DNA of 27,271 nt. Source: Ascoidea asiatica JCM 7603 (taxonomy: Eukaryota > Fungi > Ascomycota). The DNA lies in NCBI GenBank assembly GCA_001600695.1, contig BCKQ01000006.1, positions 653,710 to 680,980 on the forward strand, written 5' to 3'. Made by a program: the position numbers and the translations under genes. This document shows positions 21,272 to 27,271 of the stretch, piece after piece; within the stretch, counting starts at the first letter, position 1; each line of letters opens with the position of its first letter. The notes beneath the pieces are model-generated. The model did no database searches and was not told the origin of the DNA. It saw nothing but the letters and a program-made list of their open reading frames with translations.

Positions 21272-22876
21272 ATGAGCTCAAAACTATTGGCTCAATCCAC
21301 CAGAACTTTAGGATTAATTACTAAAAGAGGATTATTGAGTAGTAGATGTTTAAATTCCATCAAACCATGCAATTTTAAGAGAAGTCTTGCAAGTGCTTCA
21401 TTCAGTGAAAGAATTCCTTCAGGGGTATCTGCTGGGCAAGCAATGCATGAAACAAGACCAGCAATGCTAAGTGCTGGAGAATTAACCCCAGGAATAAATG
21501 CCATTGAATATTATGAAAGAAGGCTAAAGCTAGCTTGTTCAATGGAGAGTGAATCAATTGCCATTATTCCCGGAAATGTGGTTAAATATGCTTCTGGAGC
21601 TGTATTTTATAAGTTTCAACAAAACACTGACTTGTTTTATTTAACTGGTTGGAATGAGCCTGAATCTTTAATGATTTTAGAAAAAAAAGATAACAATGAA
21701 ACTGATGATAGTATTATTTTGCATATGTTAGTTTTACCAAAAAATGAATTCAAAGAAAAATGGGAAGGACCTAGAACTGGTGTCAATGGTGTAATGGAAA
21801 TGTTTAATGCTGATCAGGCTAGATCAATAGACGATCTTGAAGACTATTTACATCGATTGATAACAAGAAATAAAAACATTTATTATGATTTTCCAAAAAA
21901 TTCTTACAAACCATCGATGTTTGAAAATTTTTTTGGGTCAACGATAAATGCTTCAGAAAAATCTGGAAAAAGAGAAGCTACAATAGAAAAACTTTTAAGA
22001 GAAAACAGTAGTGGAAAAAAACTTCATCCATTGACATCCTTGGTTTCCCAGATGAGAGCAGTGAAATCAGAAAGTGAATTAAAAATAATGAGAAGAGCTG
22101 GTCAAATATCTGGTAGAACATATAACAAAGCATATTCTCAAAGATTCAAAAATGAAAGAACATTGGCATCATTTTTGGAATATGGATTTGTTTCTGGTGG
22201 TTGTTCAGGGCATGCATATATACCAGTAGTTGCCGGCGGACCAAATTCTTTATCTATTCATTATACTAGAAATGATGATGTTTTATATAATAATGAAATG
22301 GTTTTAGTTGATGCAGCTGGTAAACTTGGTGATTACTGTTCAGATATTTCAAGAACTTGGCCAAATAATGGTAAATTTACTGAACCACAACGAGAATTAT
22401 ATGAAATTGTTTTAAATGTAAATAGAGAATGTATTAAATTATGTTGTTCAAATAATGGTCTTTCATTATTAGATATTCATAGAACAAGTACAGATTTGAT
22501 GTATGAATCTATTAAAAAATTGAGTGGATTTCAAGATATTTCGAAATATGAGTTTACAAATGTTTTATATCCTCATTCAATTGGACATAATTTAGGTCTT
22601 GATGTTCATGATGTTCCAAATTATTCAAATTCAAGAAAATTAAAAGAAAATCAAGTTATAACAATTGAACCAGGTATTTATGTTCCTGATGATATAAAAT
22701 ATCCTTCTTGTTATAGAAATATTGGTATAAGGATTGAAGATAATGTTGCAGTTGGAAAAGATTCGTATACAGTATTAACTTCAGAAGCTGCCAAAGAAGT
22801 ATGTGATATTGAAAATATTGCTAAAAATGGGGTCACAACTAATTATGAGGAAGATGTAATTAATATTTTATCATAA
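21272..22876 (+). CDS. ICP55: Mitochondrial intermediate cleaving peptidase 55 (aminopeptidase P, M24B family)
   Basis: Arg/Ser/Leu-rich presequence; AGQAMHETRP..GELTPGI..EYYERR; metal ligands in DAAG...YCSDISRTW, HSIGHNLGLDVHD, TIEPG, GIRIED. ATG at 21272 is preferred over the GTG at 21254. Confidence 0.95.
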   Translation: MSSKLLAQSTRTLGLITKRGLLSSRCLNSIKPCNFKRSLASASFSERIPSGVSAGQAMHETRPAMLSAGELTPGINAIEYYERRLKLACSMESESIAIIPGNVVKYASGAVFYKFQQNTDLFYLTGWNEPESLMILEKKDNNETDDSIILHMLVLPKNEFKEKWEGPRTGVNGVMEMFNADQARSIDDLEDYLHRLITRNKNIYYDFPKNSYKPSMFENFFGSTINASEKSGKREATIEKLLRENSSGKKLHPLTSLVSQMRAVKSESELKIMRRAGQISGRTYNKAYSQRFKNERTLASFLEYGFVSGGCSGHAYIPVVAGGPNSLSIHYTRNDDVLYNNEMVLVDAAGKLGDYCSDISRTWPNNGKFTEPQRELYEIVLNVNRECIKLCCSNNGLSLLDIHRTSTDLMYESIKKLSGFQDISKYEFTNVLYPHSIGHNLGLDVHDVPNYSNSRKLKENQVITIEPGIYVPDDIKYPSCYRNIGIRIEDNVAVGKDSYTVLTSEAAKEVCDIENIAKNGVTTNYEEDVINILS

Positions 22877-22918
22877 CTTGTATATATATAAATATATAAA
22901 TATTAACATTTGAAAGTT

Positions 22919-24706
22919 TCATTGATTTAAAAAAGATTTAAGTAATTCACTTTGTAAATGAATAACATTTGTTGAAAATTCATTTTGTTCATTGATTTGA
23001 ATTAATTTATCATGGAATTTTTGGTTTGAGAGTTTTGAAATTTTATCATTATAACCAATAAATTCAATAATTCTATCCACTAAATTAATTTTAATATTTA
23101 AATTTAATATTAAAGAAATATTCATTAAATCATCTATTATAATATTTTCATCAATATCTAATCTTTTTGATAAATCTTCAATTTTGATTTTTTTAATTGT
23201 TGAAAGAAAAATTATATAAATTCTATATCTAATCATTAATTTATAATGAATAAATTGATTATTATTCACTTTAATATCACTGTTTCTAAATTTTTTAATA
23301 CTATCAATCATTTTATTAGATTTTTTTGAAGCAGTAAAATGAAGTTCATTGAAATTTAAGTTATTTAGAATATAAGTATTATCAAATTGAATTAAAATAT
23401 CACTAATTTTATTGAAATTTGTTGGATTTAATAGAGAATCAAATAATTTTGAAACTATGATATTTTCTGAGATATAATTATCTAATATATTTATATTTGA
23501 AATGTAACTTTTAAATTCTTTAACATTTGAAGTTATAAATAAAGAAAGTAAAACAGATAAAATTATATCATTTGAATTAATACAATTTGGAAAATTTTCA
23601 TTTATATTATCATTACTATTCATAAATAAACAAAGTTTATTACTTTCAAAAGAATTAAATTTTGAAATTAAAACATCTAATGGAGATATTTTAAAATCAT
23701 TTAATTCAGATTGAATTAATAATTGTCTTTTATTTTCAGGATCTGAATCACTATCAATATGACTATAATTTTTTTTATAATCTAATAAATCTAAGAAATT
23801 CAGTTTAACGTCATAATAATTACCAAGTTTAAATTGTGCAAATAATATTATCCATTTAATTTTCCAATAAATTTCAACATCATTTGAAGAATTAAAAATA
23901 GTAATATTTGAAAGATCTAAATTTTGTTTTATAATCGAATAACTTTTCAGTAATGTTTTTGATCTAATAGATAAAGAGAATATATTTGAGAATAAAATTT
24001 TTAATTCATTTTCTATTGAGATAATTTCAGTATAATCTGAGTTCACATAATCAATATAAGCTTTTAATTGAAATTGTTCTAATTGAAGAGTGCCTTTGAT
24101 TTTTTTAACCACTTTATTATCATTAGTATTATTATAATAATTATTATCATACTCAACTTTTTTCTCTTTGTAAAGTTTATCATTCAATAATTTTATAAAA
24201 GTGGATTGATAGGAAGTATTAGTTAATTGAGCTTCATGTTGAAATAAATTAAAGAAATTTAAATTGAGTGAATCATAGAATAATTGATTTATGGAAAAAG
24301 AATTCAATAAGTCCATGACTGTTTTTTTTTCATTTGGTAAATTTTCTCTCAAAGAAGTAGACTTTGAATTAAAATTATCAATAAATAAATCTAAATCAAC
24401 ATTTAATTTAAACTCAGGATTTAAAATTTCAGTTAAATTCAAATCAAGAAACTCGGATAGATTTTCCAAATTGATTAGATTTATAGAAGGTTTCTGATTT
24501 GAATTTTTGGATTGAATTGAATCTTTGAAATGTAATAAGTAAACTGAAGGAATTTCATGTTTTTGAATTAATTTTATGGCAATAATTGATATAGTTGCAG
24601 ATAAAGAAGGATATTGAATAGTGAGAAAATATAAAATTTCAAATATGATTGGACCTTGATAGCTCTGAAGTACTTTGATGAGATCCAAATCGAATTGTTC
24701 ATCCAT
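22919..24706 (-). CDS. Divergent PCI-domain protein, probable COP9 signalosome subunit (Csn1/Pci8-like)
   Basis: Helical Leu/Ile-rich 595-aa ORF. The C-terminal IRYRIYIIFLSTIKKIKIEDLSKRLDIDENIIIDDLMNISLILNLNIKINLVDRIIEF fits the PCI winged-helix pattern. Subunit identity is inferred. Confidence 0.6.
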   Translation of the reverse strand: MDEQFDLDLIKVLQSYQGPIIFEILYFLTIQYPSLSATISIIAIKLIQKHEIPSVYLLHFKDSIQSKNSNQKPSINLINLENLSEFLDLNLTEILNPEFKLNVDLDLFIDNFNSKSTSLRENLPNEKKTVMDLLNSFSINQLFYDSLNLNFFNLFQHEAQLTNTSYQSTFIKLLNDKLYKEKKVEYDNNYYNNTNDNKVVKKIKGTLQLEQFQLKAYIDYVNSDYTEIISIENELKILFSNIFSLSIRSKTLLKSYSIIKQNLDLSNITIFNSSNDVEIYWKIKWIILFAQFKLGNYYDVKLNFLDLLDYKKNYSHIDSDSDPENKRQLLIQSELNDFKISPLDVLISKFNSFESNKLCLFMNSNDNINENFPNCINSNDIILSVLLSLFITSNVKEFKSYISNINILDNYISENIIVSKLFDSLLNPTNFNKISDILIQFDNTYILNNLNFNELHFTASKKSNKMIDSIKKFRNSDIKVNNNQFIHYKLMIRYRIYIIFLSTIKKIKIEDLSKRLDIDENIIIDDLMNISLILNLNIKINLVDRIIEFIGYNDKISKLSNQKFHDKLIQINEQNEFSTNVIHLQSELLKSFLNQ

Positions 24707-25282
24707 AATAAAGAAGTTTAGTCGCTGTTTAAATTGCCAAAGAAGAGAATTATGAAGTTATTATTTCAGTAAAGATGAATTGATGATTTATATTCAAACC
24801 AACTTTTGGAATAACAATAGATATACTAAAACTAACCATTGCAATTATAATTCAAGTAATTAAGTTTATTGTTATTTAATTCCGCCACAAGAAACAAAAA
24901 AAAAAGAAAACACCCACAAAGCTGGTCTCTACTTGTAGCATATGCGTAATATACATACACGCACAGATTTCAGCATATAGTATAATCGATTTTTTGAATA
25001 AATCTGGGTCCAAAGCCGATTTCATTCATTTCATTATTGTTAAAAAATTGATCAATCTTATAATAGTTTATTTATAATCTAAAAAGCAATTTTAAAATCA
25101 GATTAGATAAAGAAAGCTTATCCTATAATCTAGTGACTATCACCAAACAATTGTTTTTCGTATTTAGAAATATTTACATTTGGGAAAATCAAGATTTTTT
25201 AAGATAAAAAATATTTTGAAAGCACATCATAAAAGTAATCAAGTTCGATATTATTATACTGGTAAAAAATCAACATGTCTAT

Positions 25283-25446
25283 AACCAGAAGAGCTCTTAT
25301 ATACTCAAACAAAAAAAAATAAAGTAATAATTTTCAGTGAAACAAATATAATGCATTCAAAAAGCTAAACTTTAATATCGAGGTTTTCGAAATTTCAAGC
25401 TTAGACGTGAATTAAGGTTTAGGTTTACTCGTAGCTTGGGTTTCAA
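25283..25446 (-). repeat. Diverged inner extension of the inverted repeat (right copy; partner of 1809..1985)
   Basis: Reverse complement aligns at about 80% with 1809..1923 and more weakly to about 1985. Confidence 0.85.
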
Positions 25447-25490
25447 GAAATTTTTATAAATTACTACTACAAATAATAACTTAAAAAAAA

Positions 25491-25572
25491 AAATTCATTA
25501 TATTTCATTATATTTGGTTATATATCATTATATTTCGTTATATTTCGTTATATTTCATTACATATTTCATTA
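25491..25572 (-). repeat. 10-bp minisatellite, consensus TAATGAAATA on the minus strand (right copy)
   Basis: RC units after the TG spacer: taatgaaata, taacgaaata, taacgaaata, taatgatata, taaccaaata, taatgaaata, taatgaattt. Confidence 0.9.
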
Positions 25573-27271
25573 CGCAATTGATTGAATAGATTTGCATAAT
25601 AAGAACTCAAACTTCTATAAGCTCAGACTTGCTTTTAAAAAACTTAAAGCATTTCGAGAATCTCCTTCCAATTTTTTTAGATTCTCTATGATGGCTTTCA
25701 TTGATGAGTTCAGCTACGTTGGAATATTGACCTTTATGTATCCCTTTCATATAATCATCTGTAAACATCATATTCAATTCCTGTTTCTTGGCCTTCTGAA
25801 GTAAGCTAGCTAGTTCATCTTTCTTGCTCTTACTACTCTCTTCACTGCTTCTGCTTCCGGTATTATCTGCAGTATTGGTAGTTTCAGTAATCTCACTGAT
25901 CTCACTTTCTTTACTTTTTTCATTCAGACTACTCTCATAGCTAAAACAGCTATCAGCGAAATCTATACTACTCACGCCAACTTTCACACTGGTATATACC
26001 TCTCCTTCATCGTAAAGATAAACTTCATCAATAATATCTTTGAGAGACTTGTTATCCTCGACATCAATGCTAGCATCCATAGTAGTATTCCTTTTATCTT
26101 TCTTATTATTCTCAATATCAGGAACCTGGCTTTTTACTTTTTCAATTTGGTCATCGATTACCTTTTCACTATCTCTAATTTGACTCCCCTTTGTATTGTT
26201 ATTAGCACCGATGGTGGTTGTATTTATTTTCTCCTTGTCATTAACACTTTCGGTATTCTTAGTATCAACATTTTTAATTGTCTTCTTACTCAACAGTGGA
26301 TTACGTAAATTCTCAAACAGCTTCTTCAGTCTCAAAGGTTTCAGACTACCTCTAGTTTTTGTTTGTAGACCTTTATAATTATCATCTCCATGTTTCTCTC
26401 TTTCAGATTCTCTCAGAGCAACCTCTACTCTCATTTTAGACAGATTCTTGAATTTATTATGTTTTTGTGTTCCATTTCCTCTACCCAGATCCAACATATT
26501 TCTTTTGATTTCGGAAATATCATTGTTTGTATGAATATATAAATCTCTATTGACTTTATCAAATGATGTATTTTTGTCTTTTCTGAATATTATATCTTCT
26601 TTGCTTTTAGATTTATTATCTTTTTCATATAATCGAATTGATTTATATGCTTTACTACCTTTTGATCTCAGTATTGTTCTTCTTTCATTTGAAGGGTCAA
26701 TGACATTTATTGCAATGGAAGGAGTGAAACTGAATCTCGATGAAACCATGTTACCCAAAGAAGAGCCACTTTCATTGTGAATATTACCAAAATTACCAAC
26801 AGAATTACTAAGGTTTGATTTATTATGAACATGAACTCCATTTTTTTTATCCTCAATTCCTCTAAGACTAGCGTTGATACTTTTGATACTTAAATTGGCA
26901 CTACTCAAGTTCATACTCTGCTTTGGTAGACTAGAAACACTCATGTTGCAAACCACACTTTTAATCCTCCCTCCACTATTTGTGCTTTTAATACTATTGT
27001 TTCTGCTTATGCTTCTGATACTTCTAATACTACTATTGAAGCTATCATTATTTAAGTTATCAGCATTATTACTATTATGATGATGATTGTTACTAGTACG
27101 ACTTTTAGTTTTGTTATTGAAACAAGATTCACTGATGGATAATAAAGAAGTTGATCTGTTTCTTTTATTCAGAATCTTATAATTTTCTTTTTCGTGATTT
27201 TGTATGTTGATTATACTTGGAGAAAAATCGGATATAAAGCTTATTGTTTCATCTGATTGTTCAATTTTGTT
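25538..27271 (-). repeat. Right arm of long inverted repeat (pairs with 1..1734); may extend beyond the window
   Basis: Reverse complement of 1..1734 with two substitutions (26626, 26368). The last base of the window mirrors the first. Confidence 0.98.
25607..27271 (-). CDS. 5'-partial hypothetical Ser/Asn/Lys/Glu-rich protein (copy B, inside right IR arm)
   Basis: Mirror of 1..1665, open to the window edge. Differs from copy A by K->E (LYKKD/LYEKD) and I->L (KGIQT/KGLQT). Confidence 0.8.
   Translation of the reverse strand, partial: NKIEQSDETISFISDFSPSIINIQNHEKENYKILNKRNRSTSLLSISESCFNNKTKSRTSNNHHHNSNNADNLNNDSFNSSIRSIRSISRNNSIKSTNSGGRIKSVVCNMSVSSLPKQSMNLSSANLSIKSINASLRGIEDKKNGVHVHNKSNLSNSVGNFGNIHNESGSSLGNMVSSRFSFTPSIAINVIDPSNERRTILRSKGSKAYKSIRLYEKDNKSKSKEDIIFRKDKNTSFDKVNRDLYIHTNNDISEIKRNMLDLGRGNGTQKHNKFKNLSKMRVEVALRESEREKHGDDNYKGLQTKTRGSLKPLRLKKLFENLRNPLLSKKTIKNVDTKNTESVNDKEKINTTTIGANNNTKGSQIRDSEKVIDDQIEKVKSQVPDIENNKKDKRNTTMDASIDVEDNKSLKDIIDEVYLYDEGEVYTSVKVGVSSIDFADSCFSYESSLNEKSKESEISEITETTNTADNTGSRSSEESSKSKKDELASLLQKAKKQELNMMFTDDYMKGIHKGQYSNVAELINESHHRESKKIGRRFSKCFKFFKSKSELIEV

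Noticed and set aside
18854-24497. Overlapping ORFs 18854..19072, 19122..19475, 19638..19829, 19898..20275, 21292..21504, 24291..24497 (also 6113..6364, 8126..8381, 8745..8936)
   Set aside because: Alternative-frame or antisense shadows of longer genes or of low-complexity UTR sequence.
1-27271. Linear plasmid, Polinton or giant DNA transposon with terminal inverted repeats
   Set aside because: No DNA polymerase B, integrase, transposase or tyrosine recombinase. The cargo is single-copy housekeeping genes including SUA7, and the repeats run mid-ORF to the window edges.
25538-27271. Inverted repeat as a pure assembly artefact
   Set aside because: Two SNPs, different minisatellite unit order and an ~80% diverged inner extension indicate two distinct loci. 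Read-level confirmation is still desirable.

Overview
Very AT-rich budding-yeast (Saccharomycotina) chromosomal DNA. The window is bracketed by a long, nearly perfect inverted repeat: 1..1734 is the reverse complement of 25538..27271, with only two substitutions found (646/26626 and 904/26368). Each arm holds the 3' part (at least 554 codons, open to the window edge) of the same unrecognised Ser/Asn/Lys-rich gene, pointing inward and ending in a 10-bp minisatellite. Just inside the arms, homology continues at only about 80% identity, so the duplication looks old while its core is still being homogenised. The ~23.8 kb between the arms carries ordinary single-copy genes: an Old Yellow Enzyme homolog that has lost its catalytic His/Asn/Tyr, an Asn-rich unknown, SRF1, SUA7 (TFIIB), a NAM8/NGR1-type triple-RRM protein, a second Asn-rich unknown, ICP55 and a divergent PCI-domain protein. 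No mating-type, recombinase or transposase gene was recognised. The layout resembles yeast flip/flop invertible loci but lacks MAT genes, making it a candidate non-MAT invertible segment (inference; inversion itself cannot be seen in one sequence). CTG codons are absent from SUA7 and ICP55 but common in the repeat-borne ORF, which hints at a reassigned CUG codon.
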